Below are positions 35,327-45,011 of a stretch of DNA of 64,000 nt, piece by piece. The DNA is taken from the NCBI GenBank assembly GCA_050115495.1, contig JASFQK010000007.1, positions 32,001 through 96,000 on the forward strand. Reading direction: 5' to 3'. The translations under genes and the position numbers were made by a program. This DNA is from Phycisphaerae bacterium (GTDB lineage: Bacteria; Planctomycetota; Phycisphaerae; UBA1845; Fen-1342). Every line of letters starts with the position of its first letter. The first letter of the stretch is position 1. The notes under the pieces were generated by a model. The model saw only the letters and a list, made by a program, of their open reading frames with translations. It did not search any database and was not told the DNA's origin.

Positions 35327-37831
35327 TCACTTGGGTGTCGCCGCGTGCAGGACGATTCCGCCGAGCGGCGGCACGGACAGCTCGACGCGTTCATCGGTGG
35401 CGGCGATCGTGTCCGTGGTGCCGAACACGCCCTTCCACTTATGCGGCGCGCCGGTCGGCAGTGCCACGGCGACCTTCGCCGGCTGCGTCGAGGCGTTCAA
35501 GGCGACGATGAGCTGCTCGTTCTGGTCTTTGCGCAGGAACACCCACACGTCGGCGGCATCGTCGCAGAGCAACGTCTGGAACGTGCCGGTGCGCAACGCC
35601 GGATGCTCGCCACGCAGCTTGATGACCTGCCGGTAGAACGCCAGTTGGTCGTCCATGACGGCGTTCTCTTCGGGCTTGTCGTAGGGCTGGAGGTCTTTCC
35701 AGAGCATCGGCTTGCGGCAGGTGGGGTCGTCGGCGCCCCACATGCCGACCTCGTCGCCGTAGTAGACCATCGGTGCCCCGATGTACGTCATCTGGATGAG
35801 CGCGGCCAGCCGGGCGCGTTGGTAATCCTGCGCGGACGGCTTGGCGTTGTTGTACTTCGGGCCGTTGTCTTGCACGCGGTTGGCGTGGTCGTAGGCGCGG
35901 TCGGGGTTCAGGGCCATCGACGCGACGCGGTCGGTGTCGTGGCTGTCCATCAGGTTCTGGAGCACGAGCGTCGCCGGCAGCGGGTACGACAGGCGCAGCT
36001 CACGCAGCCGGCGGTCGAACTCGCTGACCTTTATCTTCCAGTTGCGGTCCATCACCCAGGACACGACGGCGCGGGCGAACGGGTAGTTCATGACGGCGTC
36101 GAAGTGGCGACCGTCGAGCCACATCTCGCTGCGGTCCCAGATCTCGCCGGTGATGTACGCGTTCGGGTTGATCGACTTCACCAGCGTGCGCCACTCGACC
36201 CAGAACGGCTCGGCGATTTCGTTGGGCACGTCGAGCCGCCAGCCGTCGATGCCGTCGCTCGGATCGCCGTCGCCGTTGGGGTCCATCCACCGGCGGGTGA
36301 CGGCGAAGATGTGCGCCTTGACCGTCGGGCTGGCCAGGCCGTCGGGGCTCTTGCGGAAGACGGGCAGATCGCCGAAGCCGGCCCAGCCGACGTACTCGAA
36401 CGGCTCCCACGAGGTCACTTCGAACCAGTCGGCGAAGCGCGAGCTGCGGCCGTTGGCCAGCACGTCCTGAAACGCCGGATGCGGCCGGCCGACGTGGTTG
36501 AACACGCCGTCGATGATGACGTGGAAGCCCTGGGCGTGGGCCGTCTCGATGAACTTCAGGAAGCGGCGGTCGGAGTCGGTCCACTGCCACGTGGACGGGT
36601 CGAGCAGGTCCTCGCGGGCGGCGACGGCGTCGTAGTCGCCACGCGTACCGAAGTGGTCGTCGATGTGGACGTAATTGGTGGCGTCGTACTTGTGGTTGCT
36701 GGCGGCCTTGAAGACGGGGTTGAAGTAGATGGCGTTAACGCCGAGCTCTTTCAGATACGGCAACTCCGCTTCGACGCCGGCGATGTCGCCGCCGTAGAAG
36801 CGGCGGAAGACGTTGAACTGGTAGAACGTCTGGCCGTTGTCGACTTCGTACGGACACGGTGAGAACCACTCGCTGGTCCAGGGGCAGACCGGTTCGGGAT
36901 CGTTGCCCGGATCGCCGTTGCGGAAGCGGTCGGGGAAGATCTGGTACCAGATGGCATTCTTGGCCCAGTCGGGCGTGCGGAAGACGCTCTCGTCGGTGAA
37001 GCTGGTGCTGTAGTCGTAGGGGTCGCTGACGCGCAGGTCGCCGTCGGTGAGGATGAACGTGTACTCGACGCGGTGCACGCCAGGGTCGCGGCTGCGGCGC
37101 TCGGGGCCGAGAGGGACCTGCGCCTCGTACAGGGCGAAGCGGTCGTCCTCCTGGATGAGGTCCATGGGCGTCAGACCGTCATCCTTGAGGGCGACGGCGA
37201 CGCTCTGCACGTCGCCGGCCAGCGTGCGATAGCGGATCAGCACGCGATCGGACGCGAGTGACTGGAAGTAGAGCGGCAGGTAACAGCGGTGCTCGAGGCC
37301 GCCGGCGTCGATCTGACCGTCGCCGCGGGTGGCCGTCGAGCGGGTCAGGTGAGCGAGGCGGCCGAGGCGCAGAACGGAGTTGTTACCGCCGTGGCCGTCG
37401 TCGGTGACGTCGGTGTTGAGCGGGTCAGGGTGCCACTGCTGCCCGTTGACGACGAACTTGTAGTCATGCACGCCCGGCGGCAATTCGACCGCGACGGACC
37501 ACTGTCCGTCGTCGCCGGGACCGGCCAGCGGATTGGCGCCGCTGTTCCAGCCGTTGAACGTACCGGCGAGGTTCACCGACGTCGCCGGTCCGGAAGGCCG
37601 ATAGCGGAACGTGCAGCGCCAGAGCGACGGGCCGACCGGCTCGGCGGTCACCGAGGACGGCAGGCTGCCGGCGTCGGCCTCGGCGGCGATCTCAAGCCGC
37701 GGGGCGGGTGGCCAGTCGGCCAGCGCCCATGACGGACCGGCGGCGAGCAGCGCGAGCAGCAGGAACGTGGTGATGCCACGGCCCGCAGGCGGCCGCGACC
37801 CGGCGGTTGTCGTGTGTTTGCTGGGTTTCAT
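35327..37831 (-). CDS. Secreted GH13 alpha-amylase/neopullulanase-like enzyme with CBM48-like domain (paralog 2)
   Basis: Same architecture and motifs as 19289-21787 (DGVFNH, GIDGWRLDV, GEIW, DSHD); signal peptide. Confidence 0.92.
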   Translation of the reverse strand: MKPSKHTTTAGSRPPAGRGITTFLLLALLAAGPSWALADWPPAPRLEIAAEADAGSLPSSVTAEPVGPSLWRCTFRYRPSGPATSVNLAGTFNGWNSGANPLAGPGDDGQWSVAVELPPGVHDYKFVVNGQQWHPDPLNTDVTDDGHGGNNSVLRLGRLAHLTRSTATRGDGQIDAGGLEHRCYLPLYFQSLASDRVLIRYRTLAGDVQSVAVALKDDGLTPMDLIQEDDRFALYEAQVPLGPERRSRDPGVHRVEYTFILTDGDLRVSDPYDYSTSFTDESVFRTPDWAKNAIWYQIFPDRFRNGDPGNDPEPVCPWTSEWFSPCPYEVDNGQTFYQFNVFRRFYGGDIAGVEAELPYLKELGVNAIYFNPVFKAASNHKYDATNYVHIDDHFGTRGDYDAVAAREDLLDPSTWQWTDSDRRFLKFIETAHAQGFHVIIDGVFNHVGRPHPAFQDVLANGRSSRFADWFEVTSWEPFEYVGWAGFGDLPVFRKSPDGLASPTVKAHIFAVTRRWMDPNGDGDPSDGIDGWRLDVPNEIAEPFWVEWRTLVKSINPNAYITGEIWDRSEMWLDGRHFDAVMNYPFARAVVSWVMDRNWKIKVSEFDRRLRELRLSYPLPATLVLQNLMDSHDTDRVASMALNPDRAYDHANRVQDNGPKYNNAKPSAQDYQRARLAALIQMTYIGAPMVYYGDEVGMWGADDPTCRKPMLWKDLQPYDKPEENAVMDDQLAFYRQVIKLRGEHPALRTGTFQTLLCDDAADVWVFLRKDQNEQLIVALNASTQPAKVAVALPTGAPHKWKGVFGTTDTIAATDERVELSVPPLGGIVLHAATPK

Positions 37832-37846
37832 GCCGCGAATTATACT
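37818..37846. promoter_or_regulatory. Overlapping divergent promoters
   Basis: Plus strand TTGCTG-N17-TATACT; minus strand TATAAT (37839-37844) 7 nt before ATG 37831. Confidence 0.55.
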
Positions 37847-37884
37847 CGGCCGGCCGCTGGTGACAGCGGTGCGGCGGAGGTTGC

Positions 37885-40299
37885 TTGAGGACGAACCTGG
37901 GCAGGCAGGTCGGTCGTGCGCTGCGGGTGATCGTGGCCGTCGTGGCGGTCGCGATGACGCTGGGCGCCTTCGCCTGGGTGGGTACACGGCCGCTGCGCCA
38001 GGCGAAGCTGGGGCCGAACCAGGTTCTGTTGCGTGTTGTCCACTGGGGAGATGACACCGAAGACGCCATCGTCGCCCGGCTAATCGCCGGTTTCGAGCGA
38101 AAATACCCCGACATTCGCATCATGCGGGTCAACCCGGGCGGCGCTGAGGCCGTGACGACCAAGGTGCAGACAATGGTCGCCTCGGGTGATCCGCCGGACG
38201 TGTTCTATCTTGGCTACGAGCGCGTGGCCGGCTGGGCGGCGAAGGACGTGCTGGCCGACCTGGAGCCATTCATCGCCGACGACGAGGCCCGTGAAGATCC
38301 GGATGCGCTGGATCTGAATAACTTCTACATAAACGTGGTCGACGCGTTCCGCTTCGACGGCGAGGTGACCGGCCGGGGAAGGCTATACGGCATTCCGAAA
38401 GACTTCACCACAGTCGGCTTCTATTACAACAAGGATCTGTTCCGACGGGCGGGCGTGCCGGAGCCGGCACTCGATGGGTGGACGTGGGACGAGTTCATCG
38501 ACGCGGCCCGGCGAATCGGGCAGCTCACGGACGAGAAGGGCAACCCCTGCTACGGAGCCGACTTCGTCACGTGGGAGGCGATGCTGCGCGTCTATTGCTG
38601 GACGTGCGGGGCGCAGATCACCAGCGACGGTTTCCGCACGTTCGACTTCCTCGACCCGCAGGTCGTAGCGGCTCTGGAGCGGCTGCGCGGCTGGTTCTTC
38701 GAGGACACGCGGGCTCTGCGCAGCGCCAAGACACAGCTCGAAACTGGCGAGGAGCCGTTCCTCTCCGGACGCGTCGGCCTGGCTGGACCGTTCGGGCGAT
38801 GGAAGATCCCGCCCTACCGGGAAATCAAGGATCTGAAATGGGCTTTCGACTGGGATTTCGCCCCCCTGCCGCACGAGGCCGGGCACCCGCCCGCCAACGG
38901 CATCTTCACGACGGCGTGGGCGATGTCGCAGCGGACGGCGCAATCGCCGCGGGCGGACGCCGCGTGGAAGCTGATCCGCTATCTCTGCGGTGAGGAGGGA
39001 CAAACGGCCATCGCCCGCGAGGGCCTGGCCATCCCCACGATGATCAGCGTCGCCGAGAGCGAGGCGTTCGCCGACCCGGCGCTGAAGCCGGACAACGACC
39101 AGGTATACCTCGACATGGTGCCGTCCGCCCGGCCGATCATCTGGCCGCCGGACCCGAAGTACCTGGACCAGTTCCGCCGCCCGATGGAAGAGGTGTTCAA
39201 GAGCGGGGTGAAGACGGTGCCGCAGGCGCTGGCCCAGGTACAGAAGGACTGGGAAGCGCTGAAGGCCGCCGACGTGATGCAGGATCGGTACCCGCGGATG
39301 CCGTGGGGCCTGGTGGCGACGGGGATCCTGGTGCCGCTGAGCCTACTGGTGGTCGTGGCGGCGGCGCTGTGGTGGTCGCGGCGGCCGTCGCGGGTCGCGC
39401 TTCAGGAAGAAGTCGCCGGCCTGGGCATGGTCAGCCCGTGGGTGATCGGATTCGTGACGTTCACGGCGTTTCCAATCGTGCTGTCGCTGCTGCTGGCGTT
39501 CTGCCGGTGGAGCGGACTGGCCACGCTCGATCATGCCGAGTTCGTCGGGCTGGATAACTTCCGGCAGATGTGGCACGACACGGGCTTTCGGAACTCGCTG
39601 CGGGTGACGCTGTACTACGCGGTGCTGGCTGTGCCGCTGGGACAGATACTGGCCCTGCTGGCGGCGACGCTGATGAACGCCGAGGTGCGGGGCATCGGGC
39701 TGTTCCGGGCGGCGTGGTACCTGCCGAGCGTGCTGGCCGGCGTGGCCATCGCCATCCTGTGGCGGTGGGTATTCCATCACGAGCACGGCATGCTGAACGC
39801 CATGCTGGACCCGGTGCTGGGGCTGTGGGACCTACATGCCCCGCGTTGGTTCGAGCACGACGCCGCGACGTGGGGCGTGCCGGCGTTCGTCATCATGAGC
39901 TTCTGGGCGCTGGGTGGACCGATGATGATCTACCTGGCCGGATTGAAGGGGATCCCGCAGGATCTGTACGAAGCGGCGGCGATCGACGGGGCCGGCTGGT
40001 GGCGGCGCTTCCGCAACGTCACGCTGCCGATGCTCAGCCCGGTCATCTTCTTCAACGTGATCATGGCCCTGATCGCGTCGTTCCAGGTGTTCACGCAGGC
40101 GTATGTCATGACCGGCGGCGGGCCGGGCGACGCCACACGGTTCTACGTGCTGTACCTGTACAACAACGCGTTCGACCTGCACGAGATGGGCTACGCGTCG
40201 GCGATGGCGTGGCTGCTGCTGTTGATGATTCTGGCGCTGACGTTGTTCATTATGAGGAGTACGAGGCGGTTTGTTTATTACGAGGCGTTGAGGGCATAG
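37885..40299 (+). CDS. Carbohydrate ABC transporter: solute-binding protein fused to MalF-type permease
   Basis: N-terminal anchor; family-1 SBP motifs (PPDVF, GIPKD..FYYNKDLF); C-terminal permease with EAA loop YEAAAIDGA. Confidence 0.9.
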   Translation: MRTNLGRQVGRALRVIVAVVAVAMTLGAFAWVGTRPLRQAKLGPNQVLLRVVHWGDDTEDAIVARLIAGFERKYPDIRIMRVNPGGAEAVTTKVQTMVASGDPPDVFYLGYERVAGWAAKDVLADLEPFIADDEAREDPDALDLNNFYINVVDAFRFDGEVTGRGRLYGIPKDFTTVGFYYNKDLFRRAGVPEPALDGWTWDEFIDAARRIGQLTDEKGNPCYGADFVTWEAMLRVYCWTCGAQITSDGFRTFDFLDPQVVAALERLRGWFFEDTRALRSAKTQLETGEEPFLSGRVGLAGPFGRWKIPPYREIKDLKWAFDWDFAPLPHEAGHPPANGIFTTAWAMSQRTAQSPRADAAWKLIRYLCGEEGQTAIAREGLAIPTMISVAESEAFADPALKPDNDQVYLDMVPSARPIIWPPDPKYLDQFRRPMEEVFKSGVKTVPQALAQVQKDWEALKAADVMQDRYPRMPWGLVATGILVPLSLLVVVAAALWWSRRPSRVALQEEVAGLGMVSPWVIGFVTFTAFPIVLSLLLAFCRWSGLATLDHAEFVGLDNFRQMWHDTGFRNSLRVTLYYAVLAVPLGQILALLAATLMNAEVRGIGLFRAAWYLPSVLAGVAIAILWRWVFHHEHGMLNAMLDPVLGLWDLHAPRWFEHDAATWGVPAFVIMSFWALGGPMMIYLAGLKGIPQDLYEAAAIDGAGWWRRFRNVTLPMLSPVIFFNVIMALIASFQVFTQAYVMTGGGPGDATRFYVLYLYNNAFDLHEMGYASAMAWLLLLMILALTLFIMRSTRRFVYYEALRA

Positions 40300-40315
40300 G
40301 AGCAAAGGGGTAGGC

Positions 40316-40542
40316 GTGCTGAGGACTTATCGAGATCTTAAGGTTTGGCAGAAGGCGTTCAGGCTGTGTGCACATATCTATACTGCAACTCGCGGGCTGC
40401 CGCGGGATGAGCGGTTTGGGTTGACTGCGCAGATGCGGCGGGCGGCGGGGATCTCAGCCCGGCCATGGAAGACGTCGACGAGGTGGAGCGCATGCTATCC
40501 GCACTCATCCGGTCACTGATCGCCAAGGAGGAATCTCAATGA
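40316..40542 (+). pseudogene. Four-helix-bundle (23S rRNA IVS-like) gene with internal deletion/frameshift
   Basis: YRDLKVWQKA..ERFGLTAQMRRAA, then break; family-like C-terminus DEVERMLSALIRSL in another frame. Confidence 0.8.
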
Positions 40543-40627
40543 CGCAATCCGCCTCTGCCCCTTTGCTCCTTTGTTCCTTTGTCCCTTTGTTCCTTCACCC
40601 CTCTGCTCCTCCAACTTCCGTGACCCT

Positions 40628-41497
40628 ATGAAACCCAAGACCTTCGCCATCTACGCGACGCTCCTCGCCGGCAGCCTGGTCATGCTCTTTCCGCTGTGGT
40701 GGATGATGGTGGTGAGCCTAGCCACGCCGAGTGAGGCCAGCGCCGCCGGCACCGACTTCCAGTGGTTCCCGCGGAGCTGGGAGTGGGGCAACTACGGGCA
40801 GTCGCTACTGAAGATGGGGTCGGTGCACGGGACGGGCACGTGGGCGGACTGGTACGGCTTCCTGGACGCCTTCGCCAATACGATCGTGATCACAGTGCTC
40901 AGCGTCGCCGGCCAGGTGCTGTCGTGCAGCCTGGTGGGCTATGCGTTCGCCCGGCTGCGCTTTCGTGGTCGGGAGCCGGCGTTCATCGTCATGATCGCCA
41001 CGATGATGCTGCCGGCACAGGTGACCATGATCCCCATGTTCATCCTGTTCCGCTGGTTCGGGTGGATCAACACGTTCCTGCCGCTGGTGGTGCCGATGTT
41101 CTTCGGCACGCCGTTCTACATCTTCATGTTCCGGCAGTTCTTCGCGCAGGTGCCGCAGGCCCTGGTCGAGGCGGCCCGGATCGACGGCTGCGGCCACCTG
41201 GGCATCTGGTGGCGGATCATGCTGCCGCTGTGCCGGCCGGTGATCGCCATCACGGCGATCTTCGTGTTCATCTTCGTGTGGAACGACTTCCTCGGGCCGC
41301 TGATCTACCTGCACAGCGAAGAGCAGATGACACTGGCGGTCGCCCTGAACCAGTTCAAGAACCAGTACGGCGACTTCCGCGATATGAACCTGCTCATGGC
41401 GGCGAGCATCGTCACCATGATCCCGTGCATCGTGCTGTTCTTTGTGGCGCAGAAGCAGTTCATCGGCGGGCTCAGTCTCGGTGGGGTGAAGGGGTAG
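40628..41497 (+). CDS. Carbohydrate ABC transporter permease (MalG-type)
   Basis: GYAFARLRF, EAARIDG, WNDFLGPLIYL, C-terminal GGVKG. Confidence 0.93.
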   Translation: MKPKTFAIYATLLAGSLVMLFPLWWMMVVSLATPSEASAAGTDFQWFPRSWEWGNYGQSLLKMGSVHGTGTWADWYGFLDAFANTIVITVLSVAGQVLSCSLVGYAFARLRFRGREPAFIVMIATMMLPAQVTMIPMFILFRWFGWINTFLPLVVPMFFGTPFYIFMFRQFFAQVPQALVEAARIDGCGHLGIWWRIMLPLCRPVIAITAIFVFIFVWNDFLGPLIYLHSEEQMTLAVALNQFKNQYGDFRDMNLLMAASIVTMIPCIVLFFVAQKQFIGGLSLGGVKG

Positions 41498-41729
41498 GAA
41501 GAAGGTAACCCCTTCGGCTCCGCTCAGGGTGTCGAGGCAACGAGGCGTTGCGGGCGGGGGCATGGCTTGGGCAGCCAGGTCGTTGGTCCTGGTCATCCCC
41601 CCGCTCAGGCAGGATGTGCGGTGCCCTGGAGACGCGGACCGGCTGAAAGAGTCCGCGCTCCAGGGCGAGGAGGCACACACGATCACGGCCTCACGCGGGC
41701 CCCCTCGCCCGCGCAGGCCGGTTCACGCA

Positions 41730-43331
41730 CTACGGCTCAACGAGCAGACCCACGAACGGCGAGATATCGAAGTTGTTCACCACGCCGTCGCCACTGCAGT
41801 CGCCGTTGAGGATATCGCACTCCGGATAGGCCGCCGCGTACGCCGCCGGATCCGTCACCGCCAGCACGAACGGCGAGATGTCGAAGTTGTTCACGATGCC
41901 GTCGCAATTCATGTCGCCGGGGATGCCTTCCACAAGCCACGCCGCCCAGATGCCCTGGTAGGCGTAACTGGCGTCGCGGGCCTCGCACAGCAGCAGGACG
42001 TCATCACCATGCACGGCGATCTGGTTCATCTGCGTGAACCAGTCTCCGGCAACATCGACCGGATCTCCCCAACCCGTGCCGTCGTTCCACAGCGACGTGA
42101 AGTTCAACTGTCGCTCCGGCAACACCGTGTTCAGCGCGACGATCTCTTCCGTCCCGCGCAGCCCGACGCTCGTGATGCTGAAGTCGTCGGCTTCGACGGC
42201 CGCCAGCACCTCCGGCGCCGCCCAGCCGGTGGCGGCGTAGTAGCGCAGGGCATACACGTGCCGACCGTATCCTTCGTCGGCCTGCAGGATGCACAACACG
42301 TCACCAGCGTCGTTGACCGTCGCCTTCCCGGTCACCTCCATCAAGGTCGGCGCGATCGAGTCAAGCAGATGGACCGGCGCCTGCCACGCTCCGTTGAGCG
42401 TCCGGCTCGCATACAGGCGAACGCCGCTCTTCGTCGGGCTTTCCCAGAACACGGTCGCTTCACCGGCCTCGTCGACGACGGCGCACATCCGCGACATCGT
42501 CCCGCTCCCGACGGTGAACGTGGCGTATTCGTAAGCACCGGGCAGGAAATCCGATCCGGACCATTCGACCAGCCCCGAATCGAAACGATGCACGTAGATG
42601 GTGTAGTTCTCGTACTCCATGCGCCCCATGTAGAACAGGTAGACCGTGTCTCCCGACTTGTTCTGCACGATCGTGGGCAGCGCGGCGGTGTACAGGTTGC
42701 CCGGCGAGACGGCGACGGGCGACGACCAGCTATCGGTCGAGGCCGTGTAGTATTCCGCCTCGACGAACGAGGGGGAAGTCCATACGAGGTGCGTCTCGAC
42801 CGCATTCCCCAGATCATCCGTCCCGACGTTGGTCGTGGTGACTTTCGGGCCCCGGTCCAGTCTGAGCTGCGCGGAAGCCGCCCAACCCTCGCCCGGCGTA
42901 TAGCGTATGCCGTGAACGCCGTAGGCCCAGGTCGCCGTATTGAAGAAGGAATACGTGAGCGTGATGTTCCCGTCGCCGTCGATCACCGCATCCGACCCCC
43001 AACCGTTCGGGAGAGCGGCGAACGGGCCCACGCCGATCGTATGGGGAAGCACTTCAGCCTCGTCCCACGTTCCGTCCAGGGCGTTGTAGTGCGCGACCCA
43101 GGGGAACATGCAGTCGCCCCAACCCTGAACGGGATAGGGCGCGGCGAAGAACACCCACGCGTCCCCCTGCTCGTTGAACACCACGTCGTTGAGGAAGCAG
43201 TTCGCCGGTGCGATCTGGACCAGGTTGCCCCAGCCCCGGTTGCCGTCGCTGGCGCGGACCACCGCCGTGATGGCCAGGACCGCACACGCGGCGGTCACGA
43301 TAAGGTTCATCCGACACTGTCGCGATTTCAT
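41730..43331 (-). CDS. Secreted beta-rich protein with dockerin-like C-terminal domain
   Basis: Signal-like MNLIVTAAC..VRA; W-x-x-P repeats; GDMNCDGIVNNFDISPFV..GDCSGDGVVNNFDISPFV; start uncertain. Confidence 0.75.
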   Translation of the reverse strand: MKSRQCRMNLIVTAACAVLAITAVVRASDGNRGWGNLVQIAPANCFLNDVVFNEQGDAWVFFAAPYPVQGWGDCMFPWVAHYNALDGTWDEAEVLPHTIGVGPFAALPNGWGSDAVIDGDGNITLTYSFFNTATWAYGVHGIRYTPGEGWAASAQLRLDRGPKVTTTNVGTDDLGNAVETHLVWTSPSFVEAEYYTASTDSWSSPVAVSPGNLYTAALPTIVQNKSGDTVYLFYMGRMEYENYTIYVHRFDSGLVEWSGSDFLPGAYEYATFTVGSGTMSRMCAVVDEAGEATVFWESPTKSGVRLYASRTLNGAWQAPVHLLDSIAPTLMEVTGKATVNDAGDVLCILQADEGYGRHVYALRYYAATGWAAPEVLAAVEADDFSITSVGLRGTEEIVALNTVLPERQLNFTSLWNDGTGWGDPVDVAGDWFTQMNQIAVHGDDVLLLCEARDASYAYQGIWAAWLVEGIPGDMNCDGIVNNFDISPFVLAVTDPAAYAAAYPECDILNGDCSGDGVVNNFDISPFVGLLVEP

Positions 43332-43404
43332 GAATATCGTCCTTTGCTCCATTGCACTCGTTATCCGTCGCTGCATGTTGCGAAACGCCGCCCGTGCTTC
43401 TCCA

Positions 43405-44931
43405 CTAAGGCGTGCTGCGCAGCCACGTGCTCCAGTAATCGCTGTCCTCGCTGAACAACCACAACACCTCGCCGTTGTCACTCACCAGCTCCTGGCCGCC
43501 CAGGGCCCCACTGGTGCCGGCGTATAGCGGTTCGGTCATCCATCTCGTGCCGTCATACAGGAAGGAGCCCGAGCGCACCTGCCCCGCCATCGCTTCGGTC
43601 CTCATCGTCAACACGGCCTGCTCGCCTTCGTAGAAACAACAGCGTACCGGGTTGATGTACGGATCCGACGGCGTTCCGTGAACCAGTGTCGCGGCATCCC
43701 ACTGGTCGTCGGCGGCCCGATACCGCGCGGCGTAGCACTTCACGACTCCGAAGTCGAGCTGGATGTCGCTCTTGCCGATGAAGACGGCCACGATGTCGCC
43801 GGCCGCGTTCACATCGATGGAGCTTTGGCGGAAGGCGTTCAGGTCATCATTGCCCCGCACGGCAATCTCGTGCGTCGGTTGCCAGACACCGTTGTGCAGC
43901 CGGCTCGCGCAGACCCTCTGCCGCGATGAGCCGTTCTCACCCCGGGACCAGAGGACGGTGAGGTTACCAACGTTATCCACGGTCGCCAGCATGGGCGCGT
44001 ACGCCGCCCCGGAGCCACCGCTCGCCATCCACGTATTCGGGATCACTTCGGCACGCGAGAACTGCCGCGTGACCGGGTCGTAACGGTTCACGCAAACGCA
44101 GGAAAGCTGCCAGGGGTAGTTGAGGCACACGATATCTTCGGGGTACTCGCTGCCGACCAGCTGGTCGCGGACGAGGTAGAGCAGATAGATCGCGGATCCG
44201 GAGCGGTTCGACACGAGGCGGTGCGAGGCGGTGTAATCCTTGCTCATGGTCTCCGGCAGACGGCCGCCGGGCAAGAGAATTGGCTGCAGGTCACCCCAGG
44301 TCGCGGTGGTTGCGTCGTAGATCCGGTACGCGCCGTCCATCACCACAATCACGTTATCGTTCTCGTCGGCCTGGGCGTGGAGCTGATACACCTCACCATG
44401 GTATAGCTCGGTCGGAGCGGACCAGCCGGTGCCAGCTTCGTAGCGGACCATCTTCACGCCGCCGTCGATGTTCTCGCCGAACACCATGACGTTGTCGTTC
44501 TGGTCAATGACCGCGGTGAACGGGTCGTACGCTCCCGGGCTGAGGGTCATGCCCATGTCCCCAACTTCCTGGAAGGCGCCGTGCCCGGTCGAACGATAGG
44601 CCATGTTGCCGATGAACATCCAGACGTCGCGGTTGCCTTCGGCATCCGTCTGCTTGCCCAGGAAGAGCCGCGACATGCCCGGTGCAGTCTCGGGCGTGCT
44701 CCAATCGGTGGCGCGCCGGTCGCCGCCCTCCGTCGTTGCCCCGCCATTGGCATCATCCGGCCGTTCGATGTCGCGGGCGGCCATGTGCCCATGGCGAACG
44801 TCGGCGACGGCAGCCGGTCGACCCTGACCATCCAACGCCGCCTCGTTGTCGGGCGCCGGGACGAGCCCCGCGGTCAGGGCGGATGCCACCGTGAGCGCGC
44901 ACAAGACCCACATTTGTCTGGTTGCGAACAC
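43405..44931 (-). CDS. Secreted beta-rich (propeller-like) protein, paralog of the downstream gene
   Basis: Signal peptide; shared motifs AVID..N, NxSG..YL.Y, ASR..NG.WQ, VN.AGD, YA.RY; GAGGAG RBS. Confidence 0.75.
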   Translation of the reverse strand: MFATRQMWVLCALTVASALTAGLVPAPDNEAALDGQGRPAAVADVRHGHMAARDIERPDDANGGATTEGGDRRATDWSTPETAPGMSRLFLGKQTDAEGNRDVWMFIGNMAYRSTGHGAFQEVGDMGMTLSPGAYDPFTAVIDQNDNVMVFGENIDGGVKMVRYEAGTGWSAPTELYHGEVYQLHAQADENDNVIVVMDGAYRIYDATTATWGDLQPILLPGGRLPETMSKDYTASHRLVSNRSGSAIYLLYLVRDQLVGSEYPEDIVCLNYPWQLSCVCVNRYDPVTRQFSRAEVIPNTWMASGGSGAAYAPMLATVDNVGNLTVLWSRGENGSSRQRVCASRLHNGVWQPTHEIAVRGNDDLNAFRQSSIDVNAAGDIVAVFIGKSDIQLDFGVVKCYAARYRAADDQWDAATLVHGTPSDPYINPVRCCFYEGEQAVLTMRTEAMAGQVRSGSFLYDGTRWMTEPLYAGTSGALGGQELVSDNGEVLWLFSEDSDYWSTWLRSTP

Positions 44932-45011
44932 CTGTGATCTCCTCTACAATGGGTGCGTGATCGAGTTGGTCCCCGCCCACACGGGGTACCTGCTCATTCT
45001 GTTATCACAAC

